A stretch of 32,000 nt of DNA from an uncultured Candidatus Saccharibacteria bacterium (GCA_964543385.1 CAZIYE010000002.1:30001-62000); one strand, 5' to 3'; shown: positions 1 to 8,390, counted from the stretch's first letter. Numbers and translations: made by a program. The notes: generated from the sequence alone by a model not told the origin.

Positions 1-206
1 GTTATTGAGAAAATTAGGAATCTTCTTGCAACTGAAAGTATGGGGCAGCCACTATAAATTATTTGAGAGAGTTTACGACAAAATTGATGACCATCGGTCG
101 TCATCTAGTCGAATCATTTCTCATACGGATGTATTAGGTCCAGTCAAATTATTTTTAGCACCAACTTGTACTGAAAAAATATATTGAGTCTCGCACGATT
201 ATATAT

Positions 207-350
207 TTATTTTATTGGAGAAGAAACCTTGCAATCTCTGCAAAATAAAACTTTTTCTGTTTTCTTTACTACAGAGACGCCATCAGCGTCTTTTGTAATT
301 ACTGATTTCTCTTTTTCTTCCATCTTGCTTCCACAACGGGGACAGTTCAT
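207..350 (-). CDS. 47-aa two-CxxC zinc-ribbon-like protein (MNCPRCGSKMEEKEK...VLFCRDCKVSSPIK)
   Basis: Translated by hand on the minus strand. Two CxxC knuckles (C3/C6 and C37/C40) and an SD-like AGAAAGG upstream of the ATG. Below the ORF track's length cutoff. Confidence 0.5.
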   Translation of the reverse strand: MNCPRCGSKMEEKEKSVITKDADGVSVVKKTEKVLFCRDCKVSSPIK

Positions 351-576
351 ACTGGGCCTTTCTCTTACTTATCTTAAACACTAGACTCAATCAGGCATTA
401 ATGCAAGGATTTACTGGATATTTGCCATTTTTCTATATAACAAATTTCCCCATAAATATATCTGTGTGTTATATCTTTGGGCTTAATATGTAATGGCAAG
501 GTGCCTTGGCTTGATCGTAAAATTATGATATAGATAATAAGTTAAGTCATTGCAATAACTATGGTCAATGGAGAAA

Positions 577-1247
577 TGAAGCAAAATTTCAAATATATAG
601 ATGTAATCACCGTAATATTTGTCGCAGTATTATTGATATCTAATATCGCCTCGACAAAAATCACCCAGATCGGTGGTTTTTCTCTTGATGGCGGTACAAT
701 ACTTTTTCCTCTAGCCTATATTTTTAACGATATCTTGACCGAGGTTTATGGATATAGGCAATCAAGGAAGGTTATTTGGTTAGGTTTTGCTAGCGCTATT
801 TTGATGTCCATAACCCTTGGTTTGGTCGGATTTTTGCCCTCCGCGAATGGCTGGGAGAACCAAGATGCTTATCAAAAAATTCTTGGTCAGGCGCCAAGAA
901 TAGTTATCGCAAGCCTTTGTGCTTATCTAGTGGGAGAGTTCTCAAATTCTTTTATCCTTGCAAAAATGAAAATTGCCTCCAAGGGAAAATGGCTCTGGAT
1001 GAGAACTGTAGGATCAACATTAGTAGGTGAGCTATTAGACAGTCTGATCTTTATCGTCATTGCTTTTTCTGGCGTTTTGCCAAAAGAACTAATAATCGCT
1101 CTGATCGTCTCAAACTATGTATTTAAAACGGCTATCGAGATAATTTTCACTCCGATAACTTATGTTATAGTTAACTTCTTGAAGAAGGCAGAGGGCCAAG
1201 ATTACTATGACAAAAAGACAAATTTTAATCCATTTGCTTTAAAATAG
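577..1247 (+). CDS. yhhQ: Queuosine precursor transporter / VUT-family integral membrane protein (ORF opens at 561; start uncertain)
   Basis: Multi-TM protein with family-like segments SNIASTKI, FPLAYIFNDILTEVYGYRQSRKVIW, VGELLDSLIFI and FKTAIEIIFTPITY. Confidence 0.85.
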
Positions 1248-1343
1248 CTTAGCCCAATTATTACTCCGATCTCTTGCATGTGTAGGATGGCGCAACTATA
1301 ATTATCAGTAGATTCCAATTTTATATATTAAAAAAAGGAACAA

Positions 1344-1574
1344 ATGAGCAAAGATATAATCAGGAGATTAATCGGCGACTCCATCGTTGTAGAGGAGAGA
1401 TCAATACCTATCTACACTCGTCATCTAAAAGATTCCTTATTTTGGTCGCCATTTTCTCCGAAAGAGGAAGAATCCATCAAAAGCAAACTCCAGATTCTCG
1501 AATCACAGTCAGAGGAACATGTTATTTTGCTGCGAAAACTTGGTGAATTATTAAGGGAGGAACAATGTTCATAA
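1344..1574 (+). CDS. Small hypothetical protein, possible helical/ferritin-like half
   Basis: 76-aa ORF preceded by a GGAAC SD-like sequence. Helical, contains LQILESQSEEHVILLRKLGELL. Confidence 0.5.
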   Translation: MSKDIIRRLIGDSIVVEERSIPIYTRHLKDSLFWSPFSPKEEESIKSKLQILESQSEEHVILLRKLGELLREEQCS

Positions 1575-1765
1575 AAAGAGAATATCTAAAATATTTCAAC
1601 GAGATTGAGCAAGTCGAGGCAGAGATGATTCGACGAGCCAAAGAATTACAAAAAGTCTTCGAAGGTAGTAGAGAAGCTACAGCGCTAGTCAACACGTGGC
1701 TTGCAGATGAAGAATCCCATCGCGAAATTGCACAAGAACTTATCAAAATAGTCAAAAAGAGATAG
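1565..1765 (+). CDS. Small hypothetical protein, possible helical/ferritin-like half
   Basis: 66-aa ORF whose ATG overlaps the previous stop and sits just after GGGAGG. Contains the ExxH-like WLADEESHREIAQEL. Confidence 0.55.
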   Translation: MFIKREYLKYFNEIEQVEAEMIRRAKELQKVFEGSREATALVNTWLADEESHREIAQELIKIVKKR

Positions 1766-1820
1766 ATATCGGCCTTAATAAAGGGTTGATAAAGTAGTCA
1801 ATTACTGCTACATTTTTGTA

Positions 1821-2267
1821 ATGTATAAAAGAATATCAAACTTCAAATATAAGCGTTTGCGTCATGCCGTATCTGTCCCATTTATTTTTGGTATGGCGAT
1901 ACCAATCGTCATACTGGATTTTTTTATAGAGATTTATCACCATGTTGCCTTTCCTCTCTATGGACTGCCAATTATCGAACGCAAGAAATACATTAGAATA
2001 GATCGCCAAAAATTATCCTATGTCGAAAACTTCGATAAGATCTGGTGTATGTACTGCGGCTATGCAAATGGTGCGCTGAATTATGCTGTCAAAATCGCTG
2101 GTGATACAGAGAAATATTGGTGTGGTATTAAGCACAAGGAGGGTGATGGATTTATTCCTCCGGCCCACCATAAGGATTTCCTCCCGTACGGTGATGAGAA
2201 AGCATACCGCGATCTCGTAGATCAAAAAGAATGCAAACTTGCTAAAGATAGCAATAAATATAACTAA
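1821..2267 (+). CDS. Conserved hypothetical protein with CMYC-GYANG cysteine motif
   Basis: 148-aa ORF with N-terminal hydrophobic stretch, CMYCGYANG and YWCGIKH. Good promoter directly upstream. Confidence 0.7.
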   Translation: MYKRISNFKYKRLRHAVSVPFIFGMAIPIVILDFFIEIYHHVAFPLYGLPIIERKKYIRIDRQKLSYVENFDKIWCMYCGYANGALNYAVKIAGDTEKYWCGIKHKEGDGFIPPAHHKDFLPYGDEKAYRDLVDQKECKLAKDSNKYN

Positions 2268-2380
2268 TATAAAAACTACAAATCATCTCTTGGGCTATCG
2301 GTGTAATGATTTTGTTGCGGCTAATTTTTTGATCTCAACTTCCAACAAAAAAGAACCTGAAACTAGTCCAGATTCCCTTA

Positions 2381-2768
2381 TGGTGGAGGCGGTCGGAGTT
2401 GCACCGGCGTCCAAAAGGTCAAAAACATACATTCTACAAGTTTAGACACGATTAAATTTTTCAGACTAAGCTTAAATCGTGACCAAAAAACTTTTGTCCT
2501 GCCTCAAGAAATCTTAATCGAGCACGCTTGAGAACCGTACACGCAGCATCCCGATGTATAACACCCGTGATCCATCGTCGAGACGCAATGGGCGGATGCA
2601 GTCGCTATTAAGCAGCAACTGGAGCGAAAGCAAAGCCAGCAAAAGCTGTCTTTACGCGCTCAACAAGTGATTTTGCACTTGAGTTTTTTGTATGCACTTT
2701 GAAGCGGCAATACTTACTTACTTGCAATATGTTTTTAAAGTACCTTCTGTCGAAGCTAATACGCCCCC
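2381..2768 (-). ncRNA. ssrA: tmRNA (transfer-messenger RNA)
   Basis: On the minus strand the 5' end GGGGGCGUAUUAGCUUCGACAG pairs with the 3' end ...GGACGCCGGUGCAACUCCGACCGCCUCCACCA (7-bp acceptor including one G-U, CCA encoded). Internal tag ORF ends GCU CCA GUU GCU GCU UAA UAG. PK1-like CUCAAGUG/CACUUGUUGAG. Confidence 0.93.
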
Positions 2769-2829
2769 ATGTGAAAAAAATATGTTCAATTTTTGAACTT
2801 CATAATTTTATAACTTTATGAGTCTATTG

Positions 2830-3099
2830 TCAACGTTTAGTGCTATCAACTATATTAACAATTTTCTCGATCAATCCACCCAAAAAGCTGTTACCATCAA
2901 GTCCTAGGTGGGTTAGGAAATATACTACGCCTGCAGCGATAATCGCTGAGCCAATAAAGAAACCAAATCCATAGAGAATGCCTCTGAGAAAATTCCAACG
3001 TAGGCTCGACTGTTTTTTCCAGTAATGTTTTAATTCTGATAAAACCTCGTGAAGGTCTCTCAAATCATCACTCAATAATTTCTCTGAATTTTGGTCCAT
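2830..3099 (-). CDS. Small membrane protein, DUF5665-like
   Basis: 89-aa ORF, SD GGAG, one long hydrophobic segment LRWNFLRGILYGFGFFIGSAIIAAGVVYFL. Confidence 0.6.
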   Translation of the reverse strand: MDQNSEKLLSDDLRDLHEVLSELKHYWKKQSSLRWNFLRGILYGFGFFIGSAIIAAGVVYFLTHLGLDGNSFLGGLIEKIVNIVDSTKR

Positions 3100-3170
3100 T
3101 ATTGCTCCATTTTATTTTGTTAAATTATAGCATCTTTTGCCATAACGTAAAATAATGTTATGATTTCTTT

Positions 3171-3722
3171 ATGATTTTAACATTTTCTATTTTTATTTTG
3201 ATAGTTTTGCTGCTGGTGGTTTTTTGGCAGGGGTCATTGCTCATAGCTACAATGATTGGCTCACCTGTAGTTTATTCATATCGCGGAGCAGTTATAGACT
3301 CGATGGAATTAGCCGGAGCAAAGAAGGGGGATCTTGTTATAGATCTCGGTTGTGGTAGCGCTAGGACATTGATTACCGCTGTCCAGAAATTTGGAGTAAA
3401 AGGTGTCGGAGTAGACAGGTCCCTATATTGTTACCTTAGATCTCTGATGAATGTTTGGCTAAGTGGCAATCGAAAAAATATCAAGATTATCTTGGGCGAC
3501 TTCAAGAAGGCGGAGGAGGATTTAAAGAAGGCCGATATTGTTTACCTATATTTGCTAAATACAACTCTAAAACAAATTGAAGATTGGATCTTCCAATCTA
3601 TCGGCGATAAAACAAAAATTATTTCCTTGGCTTTTTATTTTGAAAAGCATAAGCCTATTGCTGAAGCCATGACTTTTACTCTTGGTAAGGAGACAAAAGC
3701 GAGACTATATAATAAAAAGTAA
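3171..3722 (+). CDS. Class I SAM-dependent methyltransferase with N-terminal TM helix
   Basis: Motif I VIDLGCGSARTLITA, followed by GVGVDRS. N-terminal hydrophobic helix. Confidence 0.75.
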   Translation: MILTFSIFILIVLLLVVFWQGSLLIATMIGSPVVYSYRGAVIDSMELAGAKKGDLVIDLGCGSARTLITAVQKFGVKGVGVDRSLYCYLRSLMNVWLSGNRKNIKIILGDFKKAEEDLKKADIVYLYLLNTTLKQIEDWIFQSIGDKTKIISLAFYFEKHKPIAEAMTFTLGKETKARLYNKK

Positions 3723-3740
3723 TAACTATCATTTTGACTC

Positions 3741-3769
3741 TTGACAAGATGTAAAGCCTGCTTTACATT
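3741..3769 (+). promoter_or_regulatory. Promoter of the XRE-Hsp20 gene with embedded palindromic operator candidate (3749-3768)
   Basis: TTGACA-N17-TACATT, 6 nt before the ATG. Perfect palindrome ATGTAAAGC-CT-GCTTTACAT in the spacer and -10. Confidence 0.65.
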
Positions 3770-3775
3770 TTAGAT

Positions 3776-4525
3776 ATGGAAGAAAAAGATTTACCAATCG
3801 AAAACAGGCTTAAGGACTTGCGAAAAGAAAAGCACCTTAGTCAAGAGGAATTAGCCGATGCAATCGGTATTTCTCGTCAGTCAATAATCTCACTTGAACA
3901 AGGCAGATCAATGCCTTCTGTTCCGTTGGCGATTTCCCTATGTCGGTATTTTGATGCCGCATTTGAAGAACTTTTCGACTTCGAGCGCGAAGTTGATAGA
4001 GAAATCAACAATGCAATTCACAATGGTAGTATTAATATAAAAGTAATTAATGATCCAGAAGTCGGATCGAGAAAGGACAATGCTATGGTAGAATTAGAGC
4101 CATGGAGACCTTTTAGAGAAACAGTATCCTTGAGAGACGCAATGGATCGGCTTTTAGAGGATAGTTTTATTACTCCTGCCAAAATGGGGGGTATGCCTCG
4201 AATTGATGTCAAAGATAAGAAAGACTCAATTGTAGTTAAAGCCGAGTTGCCAGGAATCAAGGAAGAGGACATCAATGTCGAAATCCTCGATAATGTCATG
4301 ACAATCTCAGGTGAGAAAAAAGAGGAAAAAGAAGAGAAAGAAGAGGACAAAGGCTATTATTACAAAGAAAGCCATACTGGAAAATTCTCTCGAAGTTTCA
4401 CCCTGCCATCTGAAGTAATGACCGAAAGGGCCGTTGCTGATATGAAAAATGGTATTCTCACAATCACTGTTCCAAAAATAGAGCCAAAGAAAGCTCAAAA
4501 GATAAGCATCGCCCCAAAGAGATAA
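3776..4525 (+). CDS. Fusion of XRE-family HTH DNA-binding domain with Hsp20/alpha-crystallin chaperone domain
   Basis: N-term NRLKDLRKEKHLSQEELADAIGISRQSIISLEQGRSMPSVPLAISLCRYFDAAFEELF (XRE HTH). C-term VVKAELPGIKEEDINVEILDNVMTISGEKK...GKFSRSFTLPSEV...ADMKNGILTITVPK (alpha-crystallin). Confidence 0.92.
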   Translation: MEEKDLPIENRLKDLRKEKHLSQEELADAIGISRQSIISLEQGRSMPSVPLAISLCRYFDAAFEELFDFEREVDREINNAIHNGSINIKVINDPEVGSRKDNAMVELEPWRPFRETVSLRDAMDRLLEDSFITPAKMGGMPRIDVKDKKDSIVVKAELPGIKEEDINVEILDNVMTISGEKKEEKEEKEEDKGYYYKESHTGKFSRSFTLPSEVMTERAVADMKNGILTITVPKIEPKKAQKISIAPKR

Positions 4526-4535
4526 AGGCCATCTA

Positions 4536-4578
4536 AATAATAAATAACCCCGAAATTTAATCGGGGTTATTTATTATT
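4536..4578. terminator. Bidirectional intrinsic terminator between the convergent Hsp20 and HD genes
   Basis: AATAATAAATAACCCCGA-N7-TCGGGGTTATTTATTATT, perfect 18-bp stem. Confidence 0.85.
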
Positions 4579-4596
4579 AAGGACGGACCTATTATT

Positions 4597-5223
4597 TTAT
4601 GAAAGAAAATCTTTGCCACTCCAATCATCCATAAATTCTCTTAGATATTTTGCGATAATCTCATGTCTCCTATCTGCAATTATTCTAGCAGTTTTAGTAT
4701 TCATCATATCTCTTAAGAGCAAAAGTTTTTCATGAAAGTGGTTTATACTTGATCCATTTTCTTCCTGAGATTCTTCAGGGTCGAAAATTGGTCTATTTAT
4801 CTGTGCGCCGTAAGCAAATGTTCTGGCAATACCAATAGCACCTAGTGCATCGAGTCGATCTGCATCTTGGACGATTTGTGCCTCTAGTGTCTCTGGTTTT
4901 ATAGCATGCCTTTTATCCTTGAAGCTCACTGTTAAAATTACATCAATAATTCTATCAATCTTTTCTTGGCCAATCCCTAGAGTGTCCAACCATTTCCGCG
5001 TCTTGGATCTCTCTTTCTCATCTTCTACACTTGAGAACTTGTGATCATCAATATCATGAAGCAGAGCAGCCATCTCTACAATAAAAGCATCGGCTTTTTC
5101 CTTTTCGCAAATATATTGTGCAGCTTTCCAAACCCTCTGAGTATGCCACCAATCATGACCAGAAATGTCATCCTTGAAAAAATCTTTTACAAAATCAATT
5201 GTTTTCTCTATTTCTTTATTCAT
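4597..5223 (-). CDS. HD-domain phosphohydrolase
   Basis: HDWWHTQRVW...LLHDIDDHKF...QDADRLDALGAIGIARTFAYG. Confidence 0.85.
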   Translation of the reverse strand: MNKEIEKTIDFVKDFFKDDISGHDWWHTQRVWKAAQYICEKEKADAFIVEMAALLHDIDDHKFSSVEDEKERSKTRKWLDTLGIGQEKIDRIIDVILTVSFKDKRHAIKPETLEAQIVQDADRLDALGAIGIARTFAYGAQINRPIFDPEESQEENGSSINHFHEKLLLLRDMMNTKTARIIADRRHEIIAKYLREFMDDWSGKDFLS

Positions 5224-5290
5224 ATATCTATTATATCAGAGATTATTTTTCTAAATAAAAAAAAGGTCATCACTATCGATGATCTTTTTT

Positions 5291-5367
5291 TGGTGGGGCT
5301 GGGCGGACTCGAACCGCAGACCTCTTCAATGTCAATGAAGCGCTCTAACCAACTGAGCTACAGCCCC
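5291..5367 (-). tRNA. tRNA-Val (anticodon GAC), CCA encoded
   Basis: Reverse complement GGGGCTGTAGCTCAGTTGGTTAGAGCGCTTCATTGACATTGAAGAGGTCTGCGGTTCGAGTCCGCCCAGCCCCACCA folds as a cloverleaf. Anticodon loop TTGACAT. Confidence 0.97.
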
Positions 5368-5468
5368 AAGTATTTATTTCCCAGATTGGAACAACAAGAA
5401 TATTAGCAAATTATTTGCAATTATTCAACTTCGACAGCGATAAATCAGCTCACTGTGGAAAACTAGAG

Positions 5469-5497
5469 TTACTTAAAATTCATTAACTATCTATAAT
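5469..5497 (+). promoter_or_regulatory. Promoter for dut/tmk
   Basis: TTACTT-N17-TATAAT. Confidence 0.5.
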
Positions 5498-5528
5498 AAA
5501 CATACAAACAAAAATAAAAACAAAATTG

Positions 5529-5557
5529 GCGCTTATTTATAGTGAAAGCGCTTTTTT
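5529..5557 (+). terminator. Terminator-like hairpin in the dut leader
   Basis: GCGCTT-N11-AAGCGC followed by TTTTTT, 14 nt upstream of the dut ATG. Confidence 0.5.
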
Positions 5558-5571
5558 AATCCCCAAAATAT

Positions 5572-6012
5572 ATGAAGATCAAAGCAAAAAAATTAAATAA
5601 AGATGCCATTGTTCCTGTCCATTTATTACATGGTGACGCAGGGTTGGACTTACATTCCGTAATAGATGTAACTTTAAACTCAGGAGAGAGGCTTGCAGTG
5701 CCTACAGGGCTAGCATTTGAGCTGCCGGAGGGCTATGTATCATTGATCTGGGATAAGAGCGGATTAGCTCTGCGAAATGGTATAAAAACGATGGGCGGGG
5801 TGATAGAATATACTTATCGGGGTGAATATAAAATAATATTGCTAAACACGACCAATACGCCGTTTCATATTAAAAAGGGTGATAAAATCGCCCAGATGCT
5901 GGTGCAGCCAATAATGTCAGTTGATGTTGAAGAAGTCGAAGAATTAAGCGAGACAGAGCGCGGACTACATGGATTTGGCTCTGCTGATGAGAAGCTAAAG
6001 AATGGAAAATAA
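5572..6012 (+). CDS. dut: dUTP diphosphatase, trimeric Dut family (motif III Asp replaced by Glu)
   Basis: DAGLDL, SGLALRNGI, GGVIEYTYRGE, C-terminal RGLHGFGSA. Confidence 0.85.
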   Translation: MKIKAKKLNKDAIVPVHLLHGDAGLDLHSVIDVTLNSGERLAVPTGLAFELPEGYVSLIWDKSGLALRNGIKTMGGVIEYTYRGEYKIILLNTTNTPFHIKKGDKIAQMLVQPIMSVDVEEVEELSETERGLHGFGSADEKLKNGK

Positions 6013-6685
6013 AACCGGAAAATTCATTGTCATAGATGGTTCTGACGGGTCAGGTAAAAAGACCCAGTCTGATTTATTGATTGAAAGCTTGAAAAAAGCA
6101 GGGCATGAGACCGCTTATTATGATTTTCCTGATTATGATTCATTCTTTGGTAAGATGGTAGGCCGATACCTCAATGGAGAATTCGGCGAAGCAGATCAGG
6201 TCAGCCCCTATCTTGGCTCACTTTTATATGCAGGGGATCGCTGGCAAGCAAGTAAACAAATAGAAAAAGATCTTTCAGAAGGCAAAATTGTCATTTCAAA
6301 CCGATACACGCAGTCAAATATGGGCCATCAGGCTGCAAAAATAGACAATATTGATGAAAAAGAAAAGTATTTGAAATGGCTTGAAGAGCTAGAGTTTAAT
6401 ATTTATAAAATACCAAAACCAGACTTAGTTTTATTTTTACATGTCCCAGTAGAGATAAGTCAGAATCTGTTTGTCGGAAAGGGAAAGCGCAAATATACAA
6501 AGGCAGTCAAAGATATCCACGAAGGGAATGTCGATTTTATGAAGAGGTCGGTCAATGAATATCTCCGTTTAACAGAAAAATATCCAGAGTGGCGAAGAAT
6601 TGATTGTACAGAGGCAGAAACCCTACTGTCAAAGGAAGAGATTGCTGATAGAATTTATTCGATGATAACGAAAGAAGTTTTATGA
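6002..6685 (+). CDS. tmk: Thymidylate kinase family
   Basis: P-loop FIVIDGSDGSGKKTQ, SNRYTQSNMGHQ. Overlaps the end of dut. Confidence 0.85.
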   Translation: MENKTGKFIVIDGSDGSGKKTQSDLLIESLKKAGHETAYYDFPDYDSFFGKMVGRYLNGEFGEADQVSPYLGSLLYAGDRWQASKQIEKDLSEGKIVISNRYTQSNMGHQAAKIDNIDEKEKYLKWLEELEFNIYKIPKPDLVLFLHVPVEISQNLFVGKGKRKYTKAVKDIHEGNVDFMKRSVNEYLRLTEKYPEWRRIDCTEAETLLSKEEIADRIYSMITKEVL

Positions 6686-6749
6686 TCAGAGATAGGTAAA
6701 TTTAGATGTTATTCCGGCCTTAATCATTCCTTTCTCATCAAAGCGGATG

Positions 6750-6778
6750 TTGAGCGAGGTGGAATCGGAATGTACAAA
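6750..6778 (+). promoter_or_regulatory. Putative glyA promoter
   Basis: TTGAGC-N17-TACAAA, followed by hairpin ATCCCAAAT-AAA-ATTTGGGAT at 6790-6810 and SD AAGGAG. Confidence 0.4.
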
Positions 6779-6830
6779 ATAGCAATTAGATCCCAAATAA
6801 AATTTGGGATGAAAAAATAAAGGAGCCATT

Positions 6831-8072
6831 ATGAATTTGAAAGATCAAGACAAAGAAATATTTGAAGTAATCAATTGTGAAAAAGAGCGCCAAGTCGAAG
6901 GTTTAGAGATGATTGCTTCTGAAAATTATGTCTCAGAAGCTGTCCTCGAAGCAACTGGTTCAATCCTCACTAACAAGTATGCTGAGGGCTATCCATACTC
7001 TAGATATTATGGTGGCTGTGAGTGCGTTGACAAAGGAGAGTCATTAGCAATTGAGCGATTAAAGAAATTATTTGGCTGCAAATTTGCCAATGTTCAGCCA
7101 CACTGTGGATCAAGTGCAAATATGGCAGCTTATGCTGCTATCCTTGCGCCAGGTGATAAATTGCTCGGACAAAGTTTAGATGCTGGAGGACATTTGACTC
7201 ATGGAGCCAAAGTTTCTTTTTCTGGGAAATGGTTTGAGTCATACAGCTATGGACTTGATTCAGAAACTGGACAGTTAAATTATGAAGAGATCAGAAAAAT
7301 TGCACTTGAAGTAAGGCCAAAAGTTATTATGTGTGGGTACTCAGCATATCCAAGAAAAATAGATTTCAAGAAATTTAGAGAGATTGCTGACGAAGTAGAC
7401 GCATATTTGATTGCAGATATAGCCCACATAGCCGGATTAGTTGCTACTGGCTATCATGATTCTCCTATTGGTATCGCTGATATAGTTACATCAACAACTC
7501 ATAAAACTCTAAGAGGTCCACGTTCCGGCATCATTATGACAAATAATGAAGAATTGGCAAAGAAGATTGACAAAGCGGTTTTCCCGATGCTTCAGGGTGG
7601 TCCACTCGAGCATGTTATTGCCGCTAAGGCAGTTGCATTTGGCGAAGCGCTAAAACCTGAATTTAAGATATATATAAGCAATGTTTTAGATAATATGCAG
7701 ACTTTTGCCAAGACTTTAATGTCTTTTGATTTTGACTTGGTCACTGGCGGGACAGAGAATCATCTAATATTAGTCGATCTTAGAAGCAAGAGCATAACCG
7801 GTAAGGAATTCGAGTATGCTCTACACGAAGCAGGGATTACAGTAAATAAAAATGCTATTCCCAATGACCCAAATCCGCCAAAAGTTACTTCCGGCATCAG
7901 AGTTGGGACAGCCGCATTAACAACCCGCGGAATGGGTGTTAAAGAAATGCAGCGGATTGCTGAAATGTTTAATATCGTTGCTGAAAATATCAGCGATGAG
8001 CAAAAACTTGCCGAAATCAAACAAGAGATTAAAGAAATGACCGAAAATTTCCCAGTACCGGGCATTAAATAA
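6831..8072 (+). CDS. glyA: Serine hydroxymethyltransferase
   Basis: IASENYVSEAV, HCGSSANMAAY, VTSTTHKTLRGPRSGIIM (PLP lysine). Confidence 0.96.
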   Translation: MNLKDQDKEIFEVINCEKERQVEGLEMIASENYVSEAVLEATGSILTNKYAEGYPYSRYYGGCECVDKGESLAIERLKKLFGCKFANVQPHCGSSANMAAYAAILAPGDKLLGQSLDAGGHLTHGAKVSFSGKWFESYSYGLDSETGQLNYEEIRKIALEVRPKVIMCGYSAYPRKIDFKKFREIADEVDAYLIADIAHIAGLVATGYHDSPIGIADIVTSTTHKTLRGPRSGIIMTNNEELAKKIDKAVFPMLQGGPLEHVIAAKAVAFGEALKPEFKIYISNVLDNMQTFAKTLMSFDFDLVTGGTENHLILVDLRSKSITGKEFEYALHEAGITVNKNAIPNDPNPPKVTSGIRVGTAALTTRGMGVKEMQRIAEMFNIVAENISDEQKLAEIKQEIKEMTENFPVPGIK

Positions 8073-8081
8073 GGATTAGCG

Positions 8082-8390
8082 ATGGATTTTTCAGAATTAC
8101 AAGAAAAAATTATTGCCAATGCAGAGCGATATTCAAAAAAACATGATATTTTAATTAATGATGATTATGCAATTCATAAATTATATGAAGAAGTTGGCGA
8201 GTTTTCTCAAGCCTGGCTTATTCACAATCGCCAATGCAGAGAATCGAAATATGTTGAAAAAGAGATGTCCAAGAAGATGATCTCGCACGAATTGGCTGAT
8301 ATAATCGGAATTGCGGTAGTGATAGCAAATTTGCAGAAAATAAACTTAGAAAAAGCAATTGACCAAAAATGGATTAATAGAGAAAAATAA
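8082..8390 (+). CDS. MazG-like nucleotide pyrophosphohydrolase
   Basis: EEVGEFSQ...HELADIIG (MazG-type EExxE and ExxD motifs). 10 nt downstream of glyA. Confidence 0.65.
   Translation: MDFSELQEKIIANAERYSKKHDILINDDYAIHKLYEEVGEFSQAWLIHNRQCRESKYVEKEMSKKMISHELADIIGIAVVIANLQKINLEKAIDQKWINREK

Noticed and set aside
1-57. Short frame VIEKIRNLLATESMGQPL* at the left edge
   Set aside because: It may be the C-terminus of an upstream gene, but it is too short to assign.
2239-2445. 68-aa + ORF ending ...EAVGVAPASKRSKTYILQV
   Set aside because: It runs into the tmRNA 3' end; the peptide is a translation of structured RNA sequence.
5041-5406. 121-aa + ORF with GLGGLEPQTSSMSM
   Set aside because: It is antisense to the HD gene and to tRNA-Val. 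GLEPQTSSM-type peptides are typical of translated antisense tRNA.
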